Below are positions 13,943 through 25,900 of a DNA stretch of 64,000 nucleotides, in pieces (position 1 is the first letter of the stretch; each line of letters begins with the position of its first letter). Both the position numbers and the translations under genes were made by a program. Source of the DNA: Guillardia theta CCMP2712 (Eukaryota > Protista > Cryptophyta); NCBI RefSeq assembly GCF_000315625.1, contig NW_005434671.1, positions 1,041,170-1,105,169 of the forward strand, given 5' to 3'. The notes beneath the pieces are model-generated. The model was not told where the DNA came from. It ran no database searches and worked only from the letters and a program-made list of their open reading frames with translations.

Positions 13943-14524
13943 TTAGAAATCAAATAGAGCATCCGCTAGCAGAAGGCCTCCTACAAGATTTGCCCATCAG
14001 ACAGAGTCATTCGAAACAATCAAAACTCACCGAGAGCTCCTGCTCCAGCAGCGAGTGCGGTACTGCCTCCCCCTGAGTTGGCTGGGCGGCCATAGTAGGT
14101 TGGACCAGGAGCATACTGCTGACCAGGAGCATACTGTTGATACTGCTGACCTGGTTGAGGCAGGGGAGCGAAAACGAAGCCACCTGGCTTAGCTCCAGGG
14201 GGGACTTGAAACTGTGAAACTTGACCAGCCTGGGGGTACCCTTGAGGGACAGTGACACTCATGACTTGTCCAGGACGCGCCTGCGAATCTTCAGAGGGGA
14301 AGGCCAACACAAACAACCCTCACGTTGTAAGGAAGTTGAACTTTGAAGGTTCCGGGTGGACAGCTTGGTTGCTGCTGCTGCTGCGGCTTTTGCAACTTCT
14401 GCGTCATCTCATACGAAGGAGGCGCAGAAGGCTTGCCCGTAGCCACTTGCACAGGTTTGCCGCAAGAGGAGCAGAATTTAGAGGCATCTGGCAGAGACTG
14501 CCCACAGTTGGCACAGAACACCAT
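13943..14524 (-). CDS. Small zinc-ribbon protein with Pro/Gln/Gly-rich body and glycine-zipper-like tail
   Basis: MVFCANCG..KFCSSCG (two CxxC), PPSY motif, C-terminus AAGAGALG|GLLLADALFDF*; three coding exons. Confidence 0.8.
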
Positions 14525-14902
14525 CTTGAATCGAGGTAACGCTTCTGCCAACAAAAGCAGAATCGTCAGAATACATGCAATCGTTGTGGTTGCCGAGTTC
14601 GAGGCCATGCTCTGACACATGTCTAGGTCTCAGGTCATGTACTTGAAAGAAGAAGGTTGACAGCTCAAAATGGCGTGGGTGGAACACAGGCCAACGGGAT
14701 CATTCTTGTACACAACAAAAAACCTTCAACAAGAGCAAAAGCAATCAAAACAAAAAATAAACGGAGCATCCTCCAATGCACAAGACAAGAAAGGAATATT
14801 AAGATGAAATCAGAGCATCATCGGGGAGTGAGTGGTCCACGAAACAAGATCTAGGAATCGCCATGGATGGGAGGATAAGATTGAGGGTAACGTTCGTTCC
14901 GC

Positions 14903-15255
14903 CATCATGGTGGCTATACAATCGCAATCGCGGTTTCGCTCCGGCAATAAAGGTTGTTTTCCGTTTTAAAATTATAATAAATGTTATTGTTAGTACAGAA
15001 ACGATAATTTTTATAATTAGTATGAGACCTCACTATACTACAACATGTTAAAATTTGAACCAGGATATTTACATGTATATTTGTTTGAAGTCTTGTGTAA
15101 AATAGTACTAGTATTAGATTAGTGATCGCATCCAAAAACGGAACCATTTGTACCAATACTCACAAACCAATCTAATTCTATAATTACTTTTGTAAAGTAC
15201 GGCTTTAGGACGGCATGAAACCATCGCAATTGCGACAAATGTAACTGCCATAATG
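14903..15255. mobile_element. Putative degenerate MITE/non-autonomous DNA transposon
   Basis: AT-rich non-coding core bounded by imperfect inverted ends: left CATCATGGTGGCTATACAATCGCAATCGCGGTTTCGCTCCGGCAATAAAG versus reverse complement of right CATTATGGCAGTTACATTTGTCGCAATTGCGATGGTTTCATGCCGTCCTAAAG. Confidence 0.4.
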
Positions 15256-15513
15256 TAACGGTCGAGAGTTAGACGTAACGTCTTTTCGGCACCATGCGAA
15301 TGTCCCTTCATACCGGGTGGCGCTAGGAAGGGAGAAGGCGGGAGGATGCGCGGGAGAGGAGGTGAGAGGAGGTCAGCAGAGAAGTGAAGAGTTGAAGGTA
15401 GCGGCTGGAGGGAGCGAGCTTCGGTCGTCAGGAGAGGATCGCCCAAGTGTTGCGGCTGATGCTAAGACTCTGAAGCTGGACGTATGCGACGATAACAGGC
15501 GATTCCAGCGACC

Positions 15514-18400
15514 ATGGCGTTTGAAAGATGGTCATGGTGCTCGTTCACCATTCTAGTCTTCCTTGCTGCATGTGATGGTGAACAGATGTGCCCTGCTCCA
15601 GACACAACGCTGGTTTGCTCCAGATGCCCCAATGCCTGCCCAGGCCCTGAATGCGCTCAGCTTTCATACGGGTCGAAATGTGCAGGAGGCAGTTGGCTGA
15701 ACATCAACTCAACTTTCATGAGCCTGAACTGTGCTCCTCCGCCAGGATTGCCTGCAGAAAAATATCCTGCGCCTCTCATAACCAGTCCACAAGTCAAAGT
15801 GCCCCTTTCATGCGAAGGTCAGATCAAGAAGGGTTTGTGGCCTTTCGACGCTGACAACATGACTTTCTCATTGGAGACCATGTTTCAAGTCGACTCGTCG
15901 CAAACAGCAGACGTCTACACATCCTGCCTAGAAGTCTCTCTGCAACCAACGGAGTCAGGAGCTTCGGATCTTGTCAACACTGACGAGGCCCTCGCGTGCC
16001 CCGTGACGTCTTCGCAGCTGGCCTCGTACGCATACAGTGGTCTTAGTCTTTTTGTGTGTCTCGGAACGAAGCTTTCGCTGGATCCTTACTGTCGTCAAGG
16101 CCGCTGGGTGGAGGTGATCACAGGAGCTTGCGTGGGGGAGAGAGTCTTCGGGGACATCGAGCTGACCGACCCCGGTACGAGGCTGCTGATGCGAGTTGGT
16201 GGTCCTACCAACATCACTGGATGTCAGACCAAGTGGAAGGCAGACGTGACAAGGACTAAGGGAGGATGCAGGTCGCTGCATCAGGGGTATGGGAGCTGCT
16301 GTATCAGCTCCTGCGTTAGAGGATATAGGTTGTTGCCCAACAGTTGCCAGTGCATTTGCCCTGCCGGATATGCTGGAATTCTATGCGAGAAGACTGAGCC
16401 GCATTTGGACATTGTCTTGACCGTCTTCAACATCACACAAGCTGATTGGGTTGTTTTGAACACAAACAGCATCGGCAAAGGACAGATGCAGAACCAGTAC
16501 AAGGTCGTCTCCGCGATTGCTGATACTCTCAGTATCCCGCGATCTCGTGTAGAGTTCGGGTGGGCCGATGCACCAGCAAGTCGACGAAGGGAATTCTCCT
16601 CTGAATCTCCAGCAGGAAGCCAAGTCTCGGTAGCGGACCCAGGAAGACGTGCTTCCCAGCGCTGCGACTCGCCTGATGTTTCTGTTGCCAACAGCAGGGG
16701 CATATCGATGTTGAAGATTCGTTTGCTTTCCACGTTTGAATATGAGCTGCCTCTCCTCAGTCAGAAATTCAGTGCCAACGTCGAGAGTGGCGCATTTGAA
16801 AACGCCTTCGGTGCATCGGGCCTGTACATCTGTATCATATCCTCTCAAATCACATTTTACAACGCGTTTGCGTATGAGTTGCAGTCCAAGACTTTGGTGC
16901 AAAAAGCACAAGGCATAACCATAAGTGACGTGATTCTGATCGTTTTTAGCATCTTGGGAGCTCTGACTGCACTGTTCTATCTTTTCTTGTACTACATGAT
17001 TCATCGATCTCATACAAGGGACGCTACTGAGCATCTTCGCAAGTACAAGCCGGTTCAGCCCCTGTTCTCGCAAGCTCTGGGCTGGAGCTTTGCTCACCCA
17101 ATAACGAAAGAGGTCATCAAGCTGCCGAGCAGTGTCAGCAGGATCCTGGAGAACGCCTATATATTTGATTGGTTGCAAGATGGTAGGACCAACGTGAAGC
17201 TCACGGTCCCACTGCAAGGCAAGTGGATCGCAGACTTCAGTGAGATGAGGGCGTACGAGACGCTGCATACCTCCAAGTTCGCCATCACTAGGATAGTTGA
17301 CGCCATCACGTTCGGGCTGGATGCCTCGGCTCTCCCGCAAGACCACTTTTACGATGACAGGACGATCTCCGTCACCGAGGTGACCAGCTACGATGAGAGC
17401 AGAAACATCGGACAGGTCAGGAAAGTGATTTCTTACAACGGAAAACTGCGGGAGCTTAAAGTTGATCGACCGTTCATCGTCATCCCAACCATCGGATGTC
17501 AAGTGCAGCTAGGAGGCAAGTCAGGGCTGGGATACTACAACCTGCTGCCGCCTGGGATGGACGTGTACGAGCTGGACAAGTTTGCAATTCCGCCGAAGCC
17601 TTCAGTCGCTCATCGCAAGAGGATGGAGAATTGGTTGCACGAGACCAGGGAGGTGGCGCGAGGGCGACTGGCGGAAGAGATTCACTATCCCACCTCCCGC
17701 CCTCTTCCACCTACTGCGCAGGCCAACCTACAGTCCATGGCCGCTCGAATGAAATTGGCCCAGCAGGCATCGGGCGAGGTTGAAGCGCAGGACCCGAAGC
17801 ATTCAGAGGAGCTCGTGCAGATGTCAGGGAAGGAGCTGCGTGACTGGCAATCGAGGCTGCACGAAGATTATGTGAGGAGCCGAGACGCCAGGGACAAGAT
17901 CCTGGCGGTGCTGAACATGTTGCTCCCTCCTCCTCCTCTGACTTTCTTGGTCCGCAGACAAAGAGAAGAGATAGGGAGAGGATGCAAATCCACAGCGCCG
18001 ACTCGCTCACTCAGATCCGAGACCAGGTGAGGGTGTGGGCGAGAAGGTCGGTGGAATGACGATACCCGCAGGTCTACCTGAAGGAACTCTTCAACCCGGA
18101 CTCAGGGCAGGAAGTCCTGCAGGAGGTTGGGGTGCGGGACGCGTCTGCTGAGAATAGGGTGAGCTTGCAGAGGATGGAGTCGACGATGCGAGACTCCTCC
18201 GCGAGCTCGAGCCTAGTGCTTCCTCGTCAGACGAGCGGCAGGGGGTCGTTCGCTTCGCGCCTGCAGCAGGTGAGGAGGGAGGCAGGGAGATTGGCGCGTG
18301 ATCATGACCATGGCAGATGGCGCGTGCTAGCGGTATCACCAAGGTAACCAACAGAGAGGTTGTGGAGGATGAGGTAGCAGTCTAGCCTCGTGTGTAAATG
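15514..18400 (+). CDS. Type I membrane protein: signal peptide, Cys-rich and EGF-like ectodomain, TM helix, cytoplasmic WWE-like domain
   Basis: ~2.4 kb first exon; N-terminal hydrophobic FTILVFLAAC; EGF CQCICPAGYAGILCE (~16345-16388); TM VILIVFSILGALTALFYLFLYYM (~16930-16998); several short 3' exons after 17908, end approximate. Confidence 0.8.
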
Positions 18401-18844
18401 TATATTCTTCTTCCGTCCCCTCGGGAGCTACGGGAGCCTTGCTCTGGATCCCAGCACATCTCTGCTCCTCTCACCGTCTCCTCCCTCTCATCCTCCCCCT
18501 GTCCTTCCACACATCCTGCTCCTTTGCTCGGCCATGTCAGTTTCCCAGCACTGGAAATGCGCAGAGAATTGAGAGAGGCAGGAACAGTTGAAGAATGTTG
18601 AACTCGAAGCACTCCGTAGCTCAAGACTCCGAGACTCGGATGAATGGGAGGGACAGAGGGAGAAGGGGAGAGGTCATGTGCAAGCGGAGCAAGGCAAGAC
18701 ATTATAAACCTACAATATGTACATCAAGATTGTAGCGAAGAACCGGTTTGAGGCCAGAAGAAAGGAGGGGGGGGGGGGGGGGGAAGGGGGGCCGTGACAA
18801 AACAACTTGGCATTTTCCCGGGCCGGGGGGGGGGGGGGGGGGGG

Positions 18845-18944
18845 NNNNNNNNNNNNNNNNNNNNNNNNNNNNNNNNNNNNNNNNNNNNNNNNNNNNNNNN
18901 NNNNNNNNNNNNNNNNNNNNNNNNNNNNNNNNNNNNNNNNNNNN
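18845..18944. other. Assembly gap (100 N) with low-quality poly-G flank
   Basis: Run of n; homopolymer G runs at 18766-18844. Confidence 0.98.
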
Positions 18945-19149
18945 GGTTCTTTTGCCCATCATCATGCTGTAAGGCCGCGTGATTGTAGTTTGTTTGAATG
19001 ACCTCATGCTGTCAGGGGAATACAGACCAACGAAATGATCAGAGGTGAATGTTCTTGGCTCTTTCTTTGATCCTGACAGTTTTGCAGTGAGTTGTCGACG
19101 CGACTCGGTAGGTTACGATGATCTCAGTGTGCTGGGTCTTTTACGTGTG

Positions 19150-21900
19150 ATTTAGGAGTGCCGTGGGACCATACCATCCGCGAACCTGCATCCGAAGTTT
19201 CTTCTCCAAATGAAACTCCGGTAAGAATGATTCTTTTGTTTCCCTCGTCGTGATTGTAGTCTGAGTGTATGTCCCTGATCTAGTTGTTTTTTGAATACAT
19301 TCTTGTCCCCGTTCTCGCCCTTCGAATTCCTGTCTTGTGGGGGTTGGTTCGGCTCTAGATCCATCCTGTCGTCCTCTGCGGTGTCAGGAGTCAGTATAAG
19401 GAAGCTCTCGTGCTCTACACTCACTTGCTGCACGTCCCTCCTCCCTCGAGGATCCGCCATGGCTGCCGCAGACGAGCCGATGCTCCGAGAGAAGCCGCCG
19501 GCCTGCCATGACGCTCCATTGGTGACCTGGTGGGTGAAGTAGGGGATGGAGGATGAGGAACTTTGCAACGGCCCTGGCAGGGAGGTCAGGAGGAGACTGA
19601 TGGCAGGTCGAGTCGCAAGAGCTCACTGGGCTCAGCGACGGTGGAGAAGGAAGGGGAAGCAGCTGAGACCGTCGCTGTCCTCGGGTAGGAGGGGCCCGCT
19701 GACATGTTGATTGGGCGGTGGGTTTGCCAGGTCTGTCCAGAGCTTGGGAGGTACTGGCAAGAGGAAGGTGACGGGAGTCGAGGAGAAGCTTCTCCTCTCC
19801 TCACCTGATGACGGAGGGGCGGCTGGGGTTCGTTGACTCGGATGAAGATGCCGGGAGGAGGAGGAGCATAGAGAGGACGCGCGTAGGTCTGGGGAGCATA
19901 GGGGGGGTACATGCGGCCATCATAGCGATCGGGAGGCGGAGCTCGGCCGGAGCTTGCAGCCCGTTCAGCCTGCAAAGAGGAGGTCAAAACCCCAGCGCCA
20001 TTCCCCCTCCCCTCCCAGCACCAGCAGAGCCCCTGCTGGTCGAGCGCGGTCTTCTCTCGGGGCCTGGGGAGCTGGGGAGCTGCTGGGGACAGCACCTGCA
20101 CGACGAGAACTCTGAGAGCGGAGGAGGAACTCATCCGCCTCAGGAGCAGCGTGTCCTTGCATGCTCGTCGCCTGTCCCGAGAAATCGCTCGCATGCACCT
20201 GCACGCATGGGGTGAGGAGGGGAACAGCCGGTGGGCTGCCACTGACATTGTAGAAGGGACGGGGGGCAGGAGGAAGCGGCCTCGTTTCAGCCTCAGGTTC
20301 GATCAGAGGGCTGTAGGATAGGAAGAGATCGATGCTCGCTGTCCTCCCCGGGCCCATAGCCAACAACCTGAGCCAACCGCCCCGTTAGCTACCAGCAGGC
20401 CACAGGGCCTCCTCCTCTGTATCTCAACCTGCCGCTTCTATCCATGAGGGTAAGAGACATGGACGGGAAGAGGTCCCCGAGTCGAGATCGTATCCTCGCC
20501 TTCCCCACCAACTGAAAGTCCTCCCCGTCCCTGTCGTTGCACAGGAACAACACGATCATGATGTCCCTCTCGTGGTTGTCCGTGACGTGATGTACGTCCC
20601 CGGACGCCGCGGCCTCCCGGCTGTAAGTTTGCAGCAGGACCGACGAGGAAGCTGGGTGCTGGAGGAGCGACGCGTCCTCCATCGGCGGCGCTTCTCCTGG
20701 GTCCAGGAACAAGATGCAGCCATGCAGGCGCCTGCCTGGCGCAACGGCAGGCAGGGAATGCAAGCGCAGAATCTTCATGACGATCCTGTTTTGACCCTTC
20801 AAGAAGGTCTGGGGGATGTGGTAGGCCTTTGCCTGCATGCTGTGGGTCCCATCGTCATGCCAGGAGGAGGAAGATGGTTGCCTGACTTGCTGAGAAACCT
20901 GCGGCGTATTCCCCTTGTCAACTTTCTGCACAGGAAATTTCGAGCGAGCGGAGGAGCGATACGCTTCGAGACGAGGGAACTTGAACTGCGAGAACTTGAA
21001 GAGGCCCTTGATCTCATGCCGCGAGCCTGTCTCGTTGTTCAGGATAGACATCGCCTCCTCTGCGTCTTGACATGCAAGCAGCCGCTTCTGAACCTTGCTG
21101 ATGAAGGCCATGGATACTCGGAAGAGACAGCCGCTGTTTGAAGAGAAGAGCTTGTCGAGGATCTTGAGGATCATACTCTGGTCAAAGACCACGGTGAACA
21201 AGCTCAGGAACCATCTCGTCGCAGGAATCTCCAGAGGAAGCTCCAGCTCCTGAAGTTTCCTGTGGACCTTAGGAAACGTCTCCACAACGAGGTTCTGCAG
21301 AACGAGCAGGTCCACACGCAGACCATGCATGTCCTCAGTGTAGTAATCTGGTAGGTAGTCTTCCACGATGCAACTGAGAATCCAAAAGGCGTCCTCCTCC
21401 TCCATCACCATGAGCAGCGTCCCCACTATGAAGTTCATCGACTGACAGTACCCTATCCTCGGGTTGCGCAAGCTGTAAGCACAGAGCACCCTGCGAAGGG
21501 GTCGAAGAAGGGGCCCATCTTGTCCTACCGTCTGACCTGCTTCTCCTGGACCCCTTGGAGGATCCGAGTCCTGAGTAACTTTGCGAAAGAGGGGGTTAGC
21601 AGGAAAGGTCCTACCAATGTCCTTGTCAATCTGCTTGAAGTGCATCATTCTCCTCTCCTCAGCATCTGCGTCGCACATCCCCGCCCATCTCCCATCTTCA
21701 TGCCCACTCGTCTCATTCAGAGCACCATCGCCCTGAACGCTGGCTTCACTGGGCACCCTCGCCAACAGCTCGAGGTACCCTTCGGAAGCCCTTTGCTTCT
21801 TCATGGTGAACCTGCATGCTTGCTTCCAGGAGAGCACGCGTGCCTTCTCTCTCACTCTGCCTTCCATCACGTTCCTGGCCTTCTCTTCTCTCTCTGCCAT
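19150..21900 (-). CDS. TBC-domain Rab GTPase-activating protein with a C2-like domain and low-complexity C-terminal exons
   Basis: QIDKDIGRTF (IxxDxxR), LRRVLCAYSLRNPRIGYCQSMNFI (YxQ), EEDAFWIL, TRWFLSLF; C2-like end LVGKARI..LTLMDRSG|RLLAMGPGRTASIDLFLSY; 3' end uncertain, near the gap. Confidence 0.85.
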
Positions 21901-22253
21901 CGTCACTCCGCCATCATCCCGCCATCATCGTCCAACCATGCGCCTCGTGGTGCATGGCAGCGGGCTCACGTTACAAGAGGGCCAACCCCTACAAATCGTT
22001 TTCACTCAAAGATTCCTCCTGCTATTCCCCCAGTCACCCGGCCTCCGTCCCGCTGGGGCTGTCGGGGCCCCGCCGGACCGGGTCACAATAACGAGGCCAA
22101 CTCGAGTACGAGATTCTACGGGCATGCACAACTTCTGACACTGCGAGTCTAGTTTTCAGTAAAGAGATGTCTGCTGGAATATCACCATCCACATCATCTT
22201 TTAATACTTATTTCATTTCGTTTTTCTTCGGCCCTCCTTACTCAGTTGTCTCC

Positions 22254-24254
22254 TCACTTCTTGCCTCCTGCTGCTGCTGCCTTACCCGGCTGCTTCTTCG
22301 TGACCTCCTTGATGACGCCGACAGCGACAGTCTGTCGCATGTCACGAACAGCGAATCTTCCCAGAGGAGGGTATTCTGTGAACGTCTCGACACACATGGG
22401 CTTGCTGGGCTGCATGATCACCATGGCGGCGTCGCCATTCTTAATCATCTTGGGCTCATCCTCAACTTTCTTTCCACTTCTGCGGTCGATCTTGGCTTCC
22501 AACTGCGCGAACTTGACGGCAATATGAGCAGTATGGCAATCCATCACGGGCGTGTAGCCAGCATGAATCTCTCCAGGGTGGTTGAGGATGATGACTTGAG
22601 CCTTGAAGGTCTCACAGCCAAGAGGAGGATCATTCTTGGTATCACCGCAGACGTATCCACGCTTGATATCCTTCACAGAGAGACCCTTGACGTTGAAGCC
22701 GACGTTGTCACCTGGCACCGCCTGTTGCAGCTGCTCATGATGCATCTCAACAGACTTGCACTCAGTGGTGACGCCAGCTGGAGCGAAGGTGACCGACATT
22801 CCAGGCTTCAAAATTCCAGTCTCAACACGGCCGACAGGAACCGTTCCGATTCCTCCAATCTTGTACACATCCTGTAGAACACAGTTGAGTCCACGACAAC
22901 AATGAGTATCGAACCATCACCTGGAGAGGAAGGCGGAGAGGCTTGTCAGTTGGGCGCTTTGGCGGTTCAATGGAATCGAGCGCCTGGAGGAGAGTTGGTC
23001 CAGAGTACCTGAAAGAAGAGGAGAATCAGCTGGCAAAGAAGCATGCATTTAGAAACTGACCATTTCTTCAAGGGGTGGTCAGCAGGAACTTCCTCGATCA
23101 AGTTCTCTCCTGTCCATCCTGAAAGAGGGATCTGATACCAAGGAGTGAGGCTAATCTCATGGAGGGAGCTAGAGCTATGATGCGCTTTTACCTTAGGGAT
23201 CTTGTCCGGGTTGTAACCGATCTTCTTGAGGTACGAGTTCATCTGACAGCACGGCATGAGGGCTGACGAAACTGCAAGAGAAAAGGAGAAAAGGCCATGG
23301 AGAAGGATACGAAAGGATCAAAGACGCCACGATCATGAGGTCGGGAGGAAGGTAAGAAGAAGACCTCCTTGCAGATCTCATCATAGCGATCCTTGCTCCA
23401 GTTGACCTGGAAATTCCTCGTGAGACCTTCATCGAGAAAACCCTGGTTTGAATCACCTGCTTATCATCCTGCTTGTTCAAACCAACAATGAGCTGCTTCA
23501 CACCTGTACAAATTCAATCAAATCATAACGACAGCACCGCCATCATTCACCGAGAGTGAAAGCCAAGAGGGCGTGCTCCTTGGTCTGGCCGTTGGTGGAA
23601 ATTCCAGCCTCGAACTCACCTGCACACGATTACAACCCAGAGCGGAGAGAGGAAGACGTACCGGGAGGAGAAGCAATCATCAGGATGCCAACATCGGCTT
23701 GCGATGTGCCAGTGATCATGTTCTTGATGAAATCTCTGTGTCCGGGGGCATCGATGATGGTGAAGCTGAACTTCTCAGTCTGCAAGGTGCCAGTCAGCCT
23801 CAAGCATGTCAGCAGCAGCTGACCTCACCTCGAACTTCCAGAGAGCAATGTCAATGGTGATACCACGTTCACGCTCGGCCTTGAGCTTGTCAAGAACCCA
23901 GGCATACTTGAAAGATCCCTTGCCTTTGTTCCAAGTCATCGCTCATGCGCTCAGACAAGTCACAATACCCATCTCGTTGGCCTCCTTCTCGAATTTCTCG
24001 ATCACACGCTTATCAATACCACCGCATTTGTAGAGCAGATGCCCGGTTGTGGTAGACTTTCCGGAGTCAACGTGGCCAATAACAACAATCGAGCAATGGT
24101 GCTTTTCCTTCCCTCCTCCCCTCAGGCGCAGCATGCTTGGAGAAGTACCAGAGGGGATCATGTTCATCCTATGACCCATGGCGCTGAATGTCCTTCCTGC
24201 TGCTCCCATGGTGGTGGCCAACCCCATCAAGAACAGGACAGCAACGCACTTCAT
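22254..24254 (-). CDS. EEF1A: Elongation factor 1-alpha with a 47-aa N-terminal presequence (signal peptide + transit-like linker ending LRLRGG); 10 coding exons
   Basis: [83 protein letters not shown]; nine GT-AG introns can be spliced in frame. Confidence 0.97.
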
Positions 24255-25034
24255 AACGGAGAGATTTATCTGTCCACGGTAAATTCAGAAAACAAACCGT
24301 CTTCGCAACAGGAGACCACAAGATGAAACATCGAAAAGTAGGGAATCCAAGATTAAAATCTCAAGAGATGCATATCTTCGCTCAAGAAAACACAGTTTCA
24401 GATCAAACTCCACAAATCTCAACCACGTTGTTCACCAAACAAAGAGTCCTGTCTCACACACCCCCTCGGATTCAGACAAGAAAAGCAACCACAGGTATCG
24501 AAACTCGGATCCGCCATGTTGCATCATGTTTTCGATCACATTCCGCTGCATGTTCCCCTCCATCCCACTGGGGCCATGCGCCTCTTCCGCTCATACCTGC
24601 CCCGCAGCCGCCATACTAGCACGAGAGCGACTTGCACCCCCCGCTACCCACCTCCCTGATAGCTTCGCTGAGTACCCTACCTCCTTTTCGACCGGAAAAT
24701 ACCCCAATGAGACACGGAAAATCCTACTGCTGCTATTCGTTCAGCCACCCCCACCCCATCAAATTCGCTACGGGGAAGCTACGAGTAAACTCCGCCTCAG
24801 GATATATAGAACGCACACCCCTACCCCTACCCCGTGACCAAATCCCTACCCCCTTGAACACGACACCACCCCTTTATTTCCCTGTATTTACCCTAGCAAT
24901 TCCACGGTTGTACCCCTACCCACCTAAATCCTAACTGTGCGAATGGAGAGGGTGATCGCGGCAGGGAGAGGAGCAGAGGGATAGGAAGGGGAACGAATAA
25001 ATGAAGGACGAAGAAACAGGATGAGGGCGAGCGT

Positions 25035-25140
<106 letters not shown>

Positions 25141-25207
25141 ACTGATAGTCCCTTGGTGGGTGCTGACAGAGTCGGCAGGGAGAGGAGAGAGCAGTGGACT
25201 GAGCCTA

Positions 25208-25776
25208 TGGATCGCCGTCGAAGCCCTCCCAGGGTGTGTTGCTGAGGTGGTAGGGAAGGATGGGCGCCTGAAAGTGCTGACAGGGCGACTACCGCGATCG
25301 CGATCATCCCAGCTATGACATGGGGAGGAGGGATCGTATGATGCCGCGCGATATGCGCTACGATCCCTACGGCTACCCCGGTGGATATGGGAGACGTTCC
25401 GATCCCCAGCAGGGCAGGAGGAGCAGGAGCAGAAGCTTGGACCGCGGGTATCGCGGACGCGGTGGGGGCTTCCGCCCAGCCAGAGGAGGAGGACGAGGCA
25501 GGGGGCCGAGAGCTTCAGTTGAGGACCTGGACCAGGCGATGGACAACTACTGGAAGAAGGAGGTGAGTTGATCCGCAGACTGTGCGTCCCTGACGAGCCT
25601 GTTGGGTGAAGGAGAACGAGGGAGAGGGGGAAGCCGGTGAAGGAAAGGATGCGCAGGAAGCCGATGCCAAGGATGAGAAGCATGAGCAGAAGCAGCATGA
25701 TGAAGAGCAGCATGACGAGCAGCATGACGAGCAGCCAGGGGAGGAGGAGGAAGCAGAAGGAGGAGGTGAGCCATAG
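25208..25776 (+). CDS. RGG/RS-rich RNA-binding protein with FoP-duplication/UAP56-binding-like motif (CHTOP/ALYREF-like) and acidic tail
   Basis: MDRRRSPPR|GDYRD..RSRSRS..RGRGGG..SVEDLDQAMDNYWKKE|ENEGEG..EP*; three exons. Confidence 0.75.
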
Positions 25777-25900
25777 AGTGCGTAGTAGAGCCGAAGGAAG
25801 GCAGGACAAGTCACTATTTACAATCACCCAATGAATGCCATCGAATGGATCCTTTCGGCAAATACTCTCTACGATCATGATCCAGCAACCTCCAGCATCT

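Noticed and set aside
16381-17502. Long antisense ORFs (also 22167-22877, 29453-30331, 46714-47730)
   Set aside because: Shadows of well-supported genes on the opposite strand, caused by codon bias
18700-18844. Poly-G runs suggesting a G-quadruplex
   Set aside because: Adjacent to the N gap; typical low-quality read end
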